From a virus (taxonomy: Duplodnaviria > Caudoviricetes): 64,000 nt of DNA. The translations under genes and the position numbers were made by a program. Positions 17,769 through 29,507 of the stretch are shown here, piece by piece (the stretch's first letter is position 1; each line of letters opens with the position of its first letter). The stretch covers positions 38,773 through 102,772 of IMG/VR virus record IMGVR_UViG_3300032038_000034. One strand, given 5' to 3'. The notes under the pieces were generated by a model, which saw only the letters and a program-made list of their open reading frames with translations, did no database searches and was not told where the DNA came from.

Positions 17769-18047
17769 ATGATATCAGAAAAGTTAAGAAGATGTTCTAA
17801 TTGTGGAAGGTTCATGAATGAAGGTTATCTTCTTGGGGTTTATTACGCCTGTAGTGATAAGTGTAGAAATAAAATTTACAGAAAACATAATGGCGTAAAA
17901 ACAGACGAAGAGGCTAAAATAATGTACCTGAAAGACTGTTATATGCTTGAAGATAAGGACATCGAAGGACTTACTTCTGAGCAAATATCAGAGAAATACA
18001 AAGATTGTGAAATATCAGATGATGTATTTTGGACACAGTGGTGGTAA
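17769..18047 (+). CDS. Small Zn-finger-like protein
   Basis: CSNC...CSDKC motif. Confidence 0.7.
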   Translation: MISEKLRRCSNCGRFMNEGYLLGVYYACSDKCRNKIYRKHNGVKTDEEAKIMYLKDCYMLEDKDIEGLTSEQISEKYKDCEISDDVFWTQWW

Positions 18048-18053
18048 ATAATT

Positions 18054-18191
18054 ATGAAGAAAAAAGATTATCACAAACCAGGATATTGGAAAGACTGGTA
18101 TTGGAACAAAGGCGGACGAGAAAAAGTCCAAGCAACACGTTATATTGCAGAATATGAACGTGAAAAAAGGAAAAATGGTTGTGAGGCTTAA
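18054..18191 (+). CDS. Small basic protein (45 aa, MKKKDYHKPGYWKDWYW...), not in the ORF track
   Basis: Translated by hand; fills the gap after 18047. Confidence 0.55.
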   Translation: MKKKDYHKPGYWKDWYWNKGGREKVQATRYIAEYEREKRKNGCEA

Positions 18192-18245
18192 AAGTAGGAA
18201 TAAAGCTAGTGCGCGCGCTAAGTGGTTCGAATCCACCCACAACTT
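18177..18245 (+). ncRNA. tRNA-like element with a tetraloop in place of the anticodon loop
   Basis: GGTTGTG/CACAACT acceptor, GCTT/AAGC D stem, TAGTG-CGCG-CGCTA, GTGG-TTCGAAT-CCAC. Confidence 0.55.
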
Positions 18246-18268
18246 CAATACAAAAGAGCTTATAAGCC

Positions 18269-19243
18269 ATGTATAGTACAAAAACAGCTATTACAATGAG
18301 TCTTAGAGACTTGTTGGATAAAGTGGATGACTATACTATCTATTCTTATTATCTTGGAGCATTTAAGCCCGGAAAACTTATGAATAGTCCTTTACGAAGT
18401 GATGATAGAATGCCGTCTTTTGCTATATTTCCTACAAAAGATGGTGCACTCCTATTCAAAGACCACGGTACTGGAATAGCGGGAAACGCATTGAAGTTCT
18501 TAAAGCTTTATAGAGACATTCAAACAAGAGAAGAACTTGAACGAGAATTGTTGAGGATTGTACGAAAAGTAAATCCAAACTTAAACGTTGTTACTAAGAC
18601 TAATGGTCATTTGGTAACATCGGGATTACCAGCAGATATCGGAATAGTTCGTCAACCATTTACAGAAGTTGATAAACAGTATTGGAAGCAATTCCATATA
18701 TCTATTGATACGTTGAAGAAATTCAATGTGTTTAGCATTAAATATTTTCTTTGTAATAGAGTCGTCAGAGGAACCTACAAAGAAACTAGTCCTATGTATG
18801 CATATAAGGTTTATGATCGATTTAAGATTTATAGACCTTTAGCTTCAAAGTATACTAAATGGCGTACCAATCTGACAAATAGGCACGTTCAGGGATTAGC
18901 CGAGTTGCCCGAAGCAGGCGGAGATCTACTTATAATCACAAAGTCTTTAAAAGATGTTATGTGTTTATATGAGATGGGTTTTAATGCTATATCGCCTTCT
19001 AGTGAGACTACATTTATCCCAGAAGATATATTGAAGTCTCTACGTAGTAAGTGGAAGAAGATTGTTATACTGTTCGATCGAGATGCAACGGGGATGAAAA
19101 AAGCTCGAGAGTATAGTAAACAATATAAGATGGATGCTATATTTGTCCATAAGAAGTTTAAATCGAAAGATATTTCAGACGCAGTAAAAAACAATAATTT
19201 TAACACGGTCAAAGATTGGCTGTATAAAACGTTGAACATATGA
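18269..19243 (+). CDS. dnaG: DnaG-type primase
   Basis: N-terminal SPLR.D..PSF...FKDHG segment and Toprim-like IITKSLKDVM...LFDRDATG. Confidence 0.88.
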   Translation: MYSTKTAITMSLRDLLDKVDDYTIYSYYLGAFKPGKLMNSPLRSDDRMPSFAIFPTKDGALLFKDHGTGIAGNALKFLKLYRDIQTREELERELLRIVRKVNPNLNVVTKTNGHLVTSGLPADIGIVRQPFTEVDKQYWKQFHISIDTLKKFNVFSIKYFLCNRVVRGTYKETSPMYAYKVYDRFKIYRPLASKYTKWRTNLTNRHVQGLAELPEAGGDLLIITKSLKDVMCLYEMGFNAISPSSETTFIPEDILKSLRSKWKKIVILFDRDATGMKKAREYSKQYKMDAIFVHKKFKSKDISDAVKNNNFNTVKDWLYKTLNI

Positions 19244-19494
19244 TAGAGACATTGATCCTCGGCATAGTGATTGGTATCGTAGGTACTATTGCTGGAGCCG
19301 CATATGCAGCATATAAGTGGAGTAAAAACCCATATGTGCTGAAAAAGTTTAATAGTGGTTATAGTGTACTTGCTTGCGATATTGGTTTCGAAGGAGATCC
19401 GAATGGCTACATTGGATTGAGAAAGAACAATAAAATAATCGCAGGCATTAAATACAACGATAACGGAGTTACAGATATCGTATATGATATCTAA
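19240..19494 (+). CDS. Small membrane protein
   Basis: N-terminal TM helix; overlaps both neighbours. Confidence 0.7.
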   Translation: MIETLILGIVIGIVGTIAGAAYAAYKWSKNPYVLKKFNSGYSVLACDIGFEGDPNGYIGLRKNNKIIAGIKYNDNGVTDIVYDI

Positions 19495-19879
19495 ATCTAA
19501 AAGCAGAGTTAAGAATGCGACAGCAGTCGATAAGTATGGAATCCATTTCAGGAGCAAACTCGAACTCTATACTTATGAAGCTTTTATGGATGCAGGGATA
19601 CCTGTAAAATATGAGCCAAAGCATTTTACTCTGTTACCTAAGTTCGAGTATCTTGGAGAGAAAATACGTCCTATTACATATCTTCCAGACTTTATAGGCA
19701 GAGGATTTGTAGTAGAATGTAAAGGTCTTATGGGAGATTCGTTTCCTCTAAGATACAAACTCTTCAAGTATTATTTAAAGCGTCATCATTCCAAGATGCG
19801 CTGCTACCTGGTGAGAAATCATAAACAGGTAGATGAAATGATCCAAGAACTAAAAAGTCAGAGACAAGATGGAAAATAA
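19484..19879 (+). CDS. PD-(D/E)xK endonuclease (DUF1064 / T7 endonuclease I-like resolvase)
   Basis: FRSKLE...YEP...YLPDF...VVECKG. Confidence 0.88.
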   Translation: MISKSKSRVKNATAVDKYGIHFRSKLELYTYEAFMDAGIPVKYEPKHFTLLPKFEYLGEKIRPITYLPDFIGRGFVVECKGLMGDSFPLRYKLFKYYLKRHHSKMRCYLVRNHKQVDEMIQELKSQRQDGK

Positions 19880-20639
19880 ATTTTCGTTTATAAAAAACGG
19901 TGACAAGATTATGCCAGTGCCTTCGGGTATTAATTACTCATTAAAGGCTGGTAAAGTTTATGAACTTCACAATACACCAATGGATGAGCCATGTTTATCT
20001 GAAATAGACTCGTTTATTTTCCCTGAGGACTATTATCTTAGTGACTCAGATGAGAAGTTTATGAACAAGATTGTTACTACATACAGAAAGACTGATAAAC
20101 TTACCACAGGTGTATTGTTTAGTGGTCTTAAAGGTAGCGGTAAGACTCTTATGGCTAAAGCAACAGCTATGAGATCTAACCTTCCCATCATTGTAATTAG
20201 CGGTTCTGTACGAGCAAATGACATAGAATCATTCTTTTCACAAGTAAGTGATGACGTATGTATCATTATGGATGAACTTGACAAAAACTGGTATCTGCCA
20301 GCATTGTTAGGATTCTTCGATGGTGTTAAACCTACGTGTAAAAAGTTGATTCTTTGCACTGCAAACGACGAACAAGATATCAATAAGTACTTAAATGATC
20401 GTTGCTCTCGTATACGTTATAAGCGTACATTTAAGAGTATCGATAAGAATGTAGCTAAAACTGTATTGTTGAAGTATTTCGATACAGAAGAGGCCGCAGA
20501 TGGTGCTGCTGAGTTTTGTTGTAGTGCAATGGGTGTAGTATCGTACGATAATGTTGTTATCTTCGGAGAAGAACATCAAAATAACCCTAATGAATCTTTT
20601 GATGATATACTTAAAGATCTTAACATTGCACACAAATGA
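19869..20639 (+). CDS. AAA+ ATPase
   Basis: GLKGSGKT, IIMDELDK, TAN, DRCSRIRY. Confidence 0.88.
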   Translation: MENKFSFIKNGDKIMPVPSGINYSLKAGKVYELHNTPMDEPCLSEIDSFIFPEDYYLSDSDEKFMNKIVTTYRKTDKLTTGVLFSGLKGSGKTLMAKATAMRSNLPIIVISGSVRANDIESFFSQVSDDVCIIMDELDKNWYLPALLGFFDGVKPTCKKLILCTANDEQDINKYLNDRCSRIRYKRTFKSIDKNVAKTVLLKYFDTEEAADGAAEFCCSAMGVVSYDNVVIFGEEHQNNPNESFDDILKDLNIAHK

Positions 20640-21631
20640 TGGACATATCAGTTCCTTATTACGAAGATAAAACTAGAATATCCAATTCGAACATAGGCTG
20701 GTTCCTAAACAAGGGGCCAGCCTTTTTACATAAGATGCTAACAGAAGATGTTCCTGAAGAAAAGAATCCAGTACTCGAAAGAGGAACGATGATTCATGAA
20801 TATATTCTGCAACCTGAAGAGTTCCGAAAAGACTATGTGATCTGGGACAAAAGTAGGCCTACTTCTGCACAGCAGGAGAAGTTCTGTCAGGCACTTGCAT
20901 CTTCACTAGAAATAGAGCCAAATAGAGCCATTCTAGACGCTTATAAACAAGCATATAGTACAGCAGGAAAGTCAGAAGACAAAATGCTATCAGAAGGCCT
21001 TAAAATAGCCTCTACGTTGAAGGATTATATTGACTTCCTGAAAGAAAATGATGGAAGGATTATGATCTCCCATTGGGATTATCAGATGCTTGAGAAAATC
21101 AAGCATAATATACGCAATCATAAACTTGCTTGGAACATAATAGATGCACCATTAAGGGCAACTGAATTATGTGATTACGAAGCACACCACGAATTCCATA
21201 TAAATTGGGAGTGGGAAATGCAAGTAGCATGCAAGTCTCTATTAGACGGTCTTACTCTTGATTTTAAGAATAAGAAAGCTATTATCTATGACTTAAAGAC
21301 TACAGCCAAGCTGTGGCACTTTGAGGATAGTATAGAGATGTATGATTACTGTAGACAGCTTGCATATTATACAATGGCTGTTAAATGGTATCTCAAGAAC
21401 GAATGTAACGAAAACACAGATGATTGGACATTTGAATATTATATCATTGGAATCGACACTACTGGATCGTATGAAATACGTGTATTCAGGATTGAAGAGT
21501 TCATGGTGCAAAGCCGCAACTATGTCATACAGGACGCGTTGACGGATATTGCTTGGCACCAAACCAATGATAAGTGGGAACATAGTAGAAGTTATTATGA
21601 AGGCGATGGCTCAGAGTCATTGAACCTATGA
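20636..21631 (+). CDS. PD-(D/E)xK exonuclease (RecE / ExoVIII-like)
   Basis: ISNS, GTMIHEYILQP, KSLLD, YDLKTT, YCRQLAYY. Confidence 0.88.
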   Translation: MMDISVPYYEDKTRISNSNIGWFLNKGPAFLHKMLTEDVPEEKNPVLERGTMIHEYILQPEEFRKDYVIWDKSRPTSAQQEKFCQALASSLEIEPNRAILDAYKQAYSTAGKSEDKMLSEGLKIASTLKDYIDFLKENDGRIMISHWDYQMLEKIKHNIRNHKLAWNIIDAPLRATELCDYEAHHEFHINWEWEMQVACKSLLDGLTLDFKNKKAIIYDLKTTAKLWHFEDSIEMYDYCRQLAYYTMAVKWYLKNECNENTDDWTFEYYIIGIDTTGSYEIRVFRIEEFMVQSRNYVIQDALTDIAWHQTNDKWEHSRSYYEGDGSESLNL

Positions 21632-22122
21632 GTACACAGATGAAACTAATAATCCCCCTTCTTGATAAAAATATCACGAAGGAGGATTTAAGTAGTAAAG
21701 CAGGATTTGTAGATGCATATATATTTGATAAAAACAGACCTGCAATAGACAATTGTATATTTTTAATGTACGATATGTCAAAAACAACAGCTGAAACCGG
21801 AAAGCGAGAACACAATTTCGCAAAATGTACAAATATTCACAGCATTAAAGTAGAATATATTGGCGGCAAACCATTTAAAATTTTTGCTTTTAAAATAATT
21901 GGCAAAGATGTAAAGGATTTGTTAAACGGTTATAAGCCAAAACAGTATAACAATGTAGTTCGTATATTATCGTTCTGGAGAGGTTATGATGATGATGTCA
22001 ATAAAACAATGTTGATAAATAAACCAGAACGAATTAGTCGTGACTGGAAGACAATTCCAGAATACGACTACCGCCCATCGCCACAGATGGGTTTTGGAAT
22101 AAATAAAGGCGAGGCTCTGTAA
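21628..22122 (+). CDS. Hypothetical protein
   Basis: 164-aa ORF, last gene of the + arm. Confidence 0.8.
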   Translation: MSTQMKLIIPLLDKNITKEDLSSKAGFVDAYIFDKNRPAIDNCIFLMYDMSKTTAETGKREHNFAKCTNIHSIKVEYIGGKPFKIFAFKIIGKDVKDLLNGYKPKQYNNVVRILSFWRGYDDDVNKTMLINKPERISRDWKTIPEYDYRPSPQMGFGINKGEAL

Positions 22123-22145
22123 AAAGAGTCCCGCCTTTTATTTTT
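22105..22145. terminator. Intrinsic terminator (probably bidirectional) between the convergent arms
   Basis: AAAGGCGAGGCTCT / AGAGTCCCGCCTTT stem, T-tract on the + side, A-rich left flank. Confidence 0.8.
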
Positions 22146-22170
22146 CCATTAGAGTTTATTTTTACGCTCG

Positions 22171-25100
22171 TTATAATCCTCCTAAACCAGAAAATTCGTT
22201 CATTCCACCTAAGTTATTGAGTCCGCCTAGATCGTTAAGATTTCCAAATTCAGAACTATTTTTACTTGAACCAGAAGATTTCTTTCCTGGGGCAGCTTCG
22301 TGCCAGTAACCTTCCCACCAAACCATCTTCTTAAACCATTTTGTCTTGGCTTTAACACCTTCAGTGCTCTTAGAAGTATAGATGTTATGCAAACCTAAGC
22401 TTGAAAATGTCTAAAGCAAATCTCTAAAAGCTTTTGGTGTATTCTTATAACCGCCAGATTTGACTTTTTCCCAATCTTCATATTGAGTACCGTGTTCTTG
22501 AAATCCTTTGTAGGCGTCTTTTACAAGGTCAATAAATTTAAGTTTCTTGTCGATATCGCTCTTAGATGGCGTAATACTATTTATAAGGTCCATAAACGTA
22601 TTTGCATCAAACCACGTATAACGAACAATAGCAAGTCTGATTAATATGTGGTCTATTACTTGATTCCAGTATTCGTCATCGCTTCCGTCATCTACCATTT
22701 TGTTATGAAACGTTGTCTGAATCAAAGCCAACACACCAATGGCAGCAAGTTCGGAAACTATTCTATTGAACGCGTAAATATCAGATTCTGGAATTTCAAG
22801 CTCCTCCCTCTTCTACTTTGATTTCTCGTTGTAGCGAGATCTGAATGGATGCACCAGCGTATATAGACCGTATTTAATTGCGTTCTTTGTATGACTAGGA
22901 GTGTCTACTCCTTTTGGAGTTATTTTAAATTGACGTATTTGCTGCCAAATATAATTAAACAGTTCTCCAAATGCACACATGTGGAATGCAGCAGAGACAA
23001 TACCATCTTCTATCTCTCCGGTTTGGAAGTTATATCCGCCTTTATCAGCCCAATAGTCTTGTTTAAGTTCAGCCCTAGCTTTTGATGCTCTGTTCTCGTC
23101 GATTGGTGAATCATCGTCAATCTGGAAGTCTCGTAGAGATCTAAAACGTTCACTTATACCTACAAGCATAAATGTACGCATAACAACAGTAAACGCTGTA
23201 ATTACATTAGACTGAATCTTTGTACGCTCATTTCCAGGCACTATAAGGTTTGATACTGTAGCACGGTTACGCATACGTTTACCTACACGATTCTCAAGTT
23301 CGGGAGTAACAGCACGACCATATTTGTTATTTGTCGTTACAAATTCTCCGTTCTTGTCTGTTTTATACGCATCAAATAACGTGTGCGTTGACATAAAGAA
23401 CTTTCGCTTAGCAACGCTCATAGGAATACCTTTAGATTGTGCATACTCGTAGTACTCTTGGCGATTCATATACGCATTAGCATCTTCTATATACCTATAG
23501 CTATTCATAGTAATAGCAAACACCTATGCGTTTATAGTATGCTCTCCTAAAGAGAACGGAAGCATTAGTACTCCATCTCCTAAGAAACGTCCAAGCTGAC
23601 TTCTATCCATACCTCTGAAGTTAACCGCTCCGGTTTTAGCAAGTCCAAACTTAACCATGCCGGAAGAAATCTTATCGTACGATTTACTCTTACCGGCGCT
23701 TATAATAGCAGCTGGTAATCTACCAAGCATTTTAAGCGTGCCAATAATATAATCGTCTGCGCCCATATATCTTCCAGCTACAGCATCCATTGCTATCTAT
23801 ACAGCTGGATCTAAATAGGCTACTAGACCAGCAAGCCAGTTTAATGCAAGTAAACCGGTAGTAGTAAGAGCTCTTAAACCAGGTATCCACTTCAACATTT
23901 GACGAACCCATTTATCAGTATAAGTTACAAGGTTGTCCTCGTTTATATCGAAGTTTCTCTGACGTTCATAGAATGCTCTGTTTACAATACCTTTCAAGAA
24001 TGTCTTTTGGCGATCTCTATTTGTTTTAGCACGTTCTAGTTTATCAATAGCTGTCAAGAATAATGGAAGCATCTTAGACTTTGCTTTGTAGTTCTATGAC
24101 ATTTCATAGAAATCTATAACGGATCCAAGGATATCAGAATTAATCTCATTTGGATTATCCAATCTTCTGAGATATCTGACAGGAATATTCATAGCACGAG
24201 TACCATCAGGTCTAAGCTCATAGTCTACGTTGATATCCGTATCAGACTCATTTATTCCAAAATGACGTCTAAACCAGTATAGAATGGGTTTACCTATATT
24301 CCACCATCTATTTCTATGGAACATCTGACCAGTTCTAGCTCCTTGTTGCGGCAATCTTCCATCATACGTGCCTGCAAACGGTATATCCTCATAAGCATTG
24401 CGCATAGTATTCATAAGCGCTGTATAGTATGTTTTTAGGGCCGCAGGGCCGTTTTCTATGTATTTCTTATACTTTTCATTAGTATAGCTTACATCGTCGC
24501 TAGAACGCTTTGTATCATCTGTAATAGGCTGTATAGGCTTATTGGCTGTAGCATCAAATCTCTCGTCCACATAGTCCTTATCTGAAGCTTCTGCATCGAT
24601 TACAGAATATGCCTGTGTTGGTTGTTTGATAGTAGCATCTATAAGACCTTTAGATGTGCTAACCTGTTGTGCAGGTGGCTGCGTGATAGAGAATATACTA
24701 AGCTGGCCTTTTTTAGACATTTGTCCATTTGCGCCGCGTATGGTATATTGAAAATTCTCCATCTCTCTAGCTAATTCTGTAGCCACACGAGGATCGTTTG
24801 TGCCATATTTATTCTCCAAACGTTTCTTAATCTTCTTTTGTATATGAACATACATTGTTTCCTGCGTGCCGCCTGGAAGATTTACCATTATAGGCAACGA
24901 TGTCATTAAAGACTTATACATCTAGGCTTGTGCTTTCGTCCATTTAGAACCAGTATTGGTATGTTTTAGATTTTCAATAAGCTCGTCATAATGTCTAAGA
25001 TTGGCCCAAAACTCTTCATATCCAGGACGAATCTCACCAGTTTCCAAATTAAGTACCTGTTCCAATCTAGGACTATATAATCCTTTCTTGGTTTTTATTA

Positions 25101-28100
25101 TGGAAATGAGTTTATTGCGAGTGTAACGTAAATCAGCAATAGTTGATGATGCTGTCTTAGGGAACAAGCGTCCAATTTCTTCCCATATCTCTGGGTTTAT
25201 TACTGTATATGTATTATCGCGTTCAAACTGGTCTTTGTCTTTAGCATTTCGCTTAGCCTCTTCGAATGCATCATAATCAAGCTTGTTCTTTACATGCTCG
25301 CTTTGCCATTTGTTCCATTCAGTAAGTTCTTTAGCAATTAAAGCTTCTTCAGTACCATCTGCCTTTTTACGACCAAATTGATCAAATGGATTAGATAATT
25401 GACTCTTACGATAATACAACAACTGTAAATCTCTTACTTTCGTAGGAGTTAACAGTTCTGTATGAACTTTACCGTCAATCGTACAAGCGCGTATGATATC
25501 ATTTATTTGATTCTGTATCTATGTTTGAGCTTTTCTAGTGACAGATGATAACATGTCAATTCGCTTATCATAATAAGCTACTGTAAAACGCCTTACAGCA
25601 TGTTTGCCCATCCAGTGATTCTGCTCGTGTAAGAATTCTTTCTCGATATCATCTTGTCCTTCTGGGAACACAGGCTCTCCGCGAGAATCTATTTCCAATT
25701 CATAATCAGGGTCGCCTAACGCAGTTCTAAGTTTATCTTGAATTCCACCTTTGCTAAATAGCAGCTTGTCAATAAACTTTGCACGATCGTTATAGAACTT
25801 ACCTTCGTTTACAGCAGTAATAAAGTTGCCTGTAAATCCATCTTCATCACGCTCCATAAGAAGTTTGTCGATGTTGAACGGAGAAATCCATCCATAAAAC
25901 TTGCCGTCACCGGTCACGCTCTTATTTAAAGCATTCATTGCGGCAATACGAAGTTGTCTAAGTTCAAATCCCTTACTGTTGACCGCATCGTTGAGTTCTT
26001 GTGACGAATTGTCGATTATATCTTGCATCAGTCGTATAAGACTCGACTTAGAATTTGATGCTAAACCAAGCCAAGTTTCGATTGCGCCGATATCACCAAA
26101 CGCATTCTGATTCTCGAGCCACGTATTAATAGAATATATCAGCTTTTCCTTCTTCTCGTCGCTGAGACCAGGAGTATTTTCTTTAACATATTGATTTACA
26201 AATTGATGAAGTCTTTCTGTGATTGCATCGTCATAGCAAGCTTTCAGATTAGTAAGCATATCAAGCATACGAATTCCACCAGTAGCCGTACTATTTACAG
26301 ATGTAAGCTCTGCGAGAAGCTCCTATTGTGCATCTTCTCCATATAAAATCTTGAACTATGGAGAACGTACGGCATCGTATAAGCTCTTGATTGTCTTATC
26401 GTAGAAACCAAGTATGTTCTGGTTAATGTCACTAAGCTCTTTAAAGTCTATTTGCGTAACCGTTACATCAGGATCGTTTACGTGACTTGCATCCAAATAT
26501 TCTGTGGTCGTGTCGCCTGTTATTGGATTTACAACTTCTTTGGTTATATAATAAGCCCATTTGGCACTCTCCATTGATGTGAAGCGTTCCGCAATATCAT
26601 ACAACTCGTCCCTAGCCTGACTAACAAAACCTCTAATAAGCTCTAGATTAGCATTTAGCTCTTCTGGAGTATATACACTGTCTCTACGTTGTTTACTGGT
26701 AGGTCTGCGAGTTAATCCTAGAGAAGATAAATAGTTTTTTCTGTATTCATTTATATCTTCTACAAACTTACGAACCCTATCTTCTGCAATTTGCATGTCT
26801 ACGAGAATCTTTGGATTCTATATGTCATTTTTGCGGAAGTTTTTGTTTCTTGAAACAGAACCTTGCACAATAGACTTAATTGCTTTTTGGGTCTTATCTT
26901 CACCAACCTGTTCGTAATCTATAAGCGACTTGTTCCTATGAGCAGCTTCTCTAGCAGCTTTTACCTTTTCACGATATGTCTTTTTGAACATTCGCTTATC
27001 TGCCATTTGGAATACTTTATTTTGACTATTTATTATACGTTGCTTTTCATTCAAAACAAACGCTTTTGTTATATTTCTAAACAACGCATTTCTTATAGCC
27101 TCGTTTTCTATTCCAAATGTATTGTAAAGGATGTTAGCAAGAGCTCCCCAGAACTTCTAAACAAACGATTGGCTTTCGATTGAACTCATGAAATTTGTAT
27201 CGTTTGTCTTTGCTGTAATAATATCTACCAAAGCCTCTTCACGCTCTTCATCGGTCATACCGGATTTGTCTACTGCACGCAAAGCGGTTTGAATAAGCTT
27301 ACTGCGCCAGAACATACGAACATAATGGTGAGCTAACTCGTGACTGAATGTACTAGGGTCTCCATTTGTCAAGCTTATGGCTATTACATGATGTGCAGCA
27401 GTAGATTTACTGTTATGATCGTAGTAGCCTTCTGTATCGCCAGATATATAATCTAAGAAGTCTATGATTAGACGTGACTTTTCATCATCTGTATCAGAAA
27501 CAAATCGTATTCTTCCGTCTTCTCCAACTTCTTGACGTAAACCGTAAGCTTCTGCTAGACGCATTTGAGTATCATTTAAAATCTGTTTTTGACGATTTTC
27601 AACCCATTCACGTTTAGCGTTTTGAGCTGTCTGTATAATGCTCGAAGGATTGGACGGGCGCTCTTTGATTAAAGAATTTACAACCGACTGTATTTCATCG
27701 TCGTCTAAATTATTTATATCGCTTACAGTAACCTAATCTCCGTTTTCATCAAAATATATATCACCGAACGATTTTGTATAGTGAGTATTTTCGAGCTGCC
27801 CTGTCGATACTAATTCTATATAAGATTCTCTTTCTAACTCTATTACTTTTTCTACAATATCTCGCGCCTGTTCGTATGCAGAATTGTGATCAGTAAATCC
27901 TAGCAACTGCATTATCTTATCGATAACTTCATGAAAAATAGAAACTAATTTACTATTTTCTACAGGCTTTACTTTCTTTAGAAGTTCTCTAAAGCCGTCA
28001 TTTGACATAAACTCAGCTATAAATTCGTGACAATTGGTGAATCCGTACGGAATAGCTGTTGTTATGTACTATGGAACGCGTTGTCTTAATAGCTCAACGT

Positions 28101-29505
28101 ATTCATTAAATGACTTTTCGAATTCAGGATTTTTTACTAAGTAAAAAGTAGTTATTGCGTGAAACAGTTCATGAATAGTAGTTTGCTCTGGAGTCTCAGA
28201 ATACAAAATAGAATCTACATTCATATATACACTGTGATCATTAGGGTCATAAAATCCGCCTAATCCGCGAGATTCCATCTTCACGCCGAACACTTTAATG
28301 TCGCCAAGTTTATCTAACGTTTTAGATATAATTTCGCATTCGCTTTTGTATTGAGAATTATTAGATAGTGTGGCAAGTATGTCTTTTGCAGAATATACTT
28401 TTCCTTTTTGTATCATGCCGGATGTATACTTTACAATACCGTCTGTATTATATACATTATCTGCACGATTGACTTCTTCAGGAGAAATATCATCTCTCCA
28501 CGACATAGGGAACGCATTTTTCTTCCAAGATTCAAACTCAAACCGTCTATCAATCTCATTAAACAACCTGTTTTTTATTCTTCTTTTTGCGCTTGGATAT
28601 GCACTAAGAAAATAATCAACAGTTTGTAATTTTTTGATTCTTTGTATGGTGGCGAGTCGATTTATATTTTGGCTGTTTGCAATTTTATATATATTTTCGT
28701 ACGTGTTTCCTCGTTTTGATAACAATGCGTGTTTGTATAGACCAAAAATACTATTTATATTGACACCATCTCTGTGGTTAAACAGCTTTGGAAATAGTTT
28801 TTGTATATCTTCTTGTGTTTTTTTATCATATTCATCTAAAACAGAAAGGTCCATTCTCTCTAAGAACCGATACATGTTTTGTAAATATTGATCTATAGGT
28901 ATATACTCGGTAGAATTATATATTGACTGCAATTCCTAAAGGCGTTGTTTAATTTTAGCCTACAATTCGTTGTTTATAAAAAACTCAACATTATCTTTTA
29001 TTTGCTGTTTTACGTCTCCTTGCAAAGTATCGTCAGCGTCAAACTCTAAGTCTACGCCAAGAAGATCTCTAAAAAACGCCTTAAGATCGCTAATTAATTC
29101 ATATCTATCAGAATTCGCTTTTTTTGTAGAACGATATGGACGATGTTTTAATAACAATTTATCAACAAATCTGTCAATCCGTTCTTGATCTTTAAATAAA
29201 TCAGGTTCTCCATTTTCATCTACATCTATTTCTGATTTTTGATTAGTCCAATCTCCAAACTTATCGAAAAATGACTTTGCGTACATCTTTGCTTTTGCTT
29301 TTATTGCGTCAAGCATTACAAAATCAAATTTCATAAGCAGACGTTTAAACAGCTTAGACTCAGCCCCGTTTGGGGCCTTGTCTATACCGTTTCCATTATT
29401 GAGCGACCATATAGCATAAGCTGCCCGCTCGTTTGTTGCTGCTTTTAATTCATTAAATTCCCTAGCAACATCGGGATTACTCATATTAGGACATATTATA
29501 CTCAT
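22171..29505 (-). CDS. Giant virion cargo protein (~2444 aa with TAG=Gln) with two zincin-like HExxH motifs
   Basis: 14 track fragments share one frame; the junctions I checked are TAG; ends TAA. Motifs IHELFH and SHELAHH. Confidence 0.88.
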
Positions 29506-29507
29506 AA

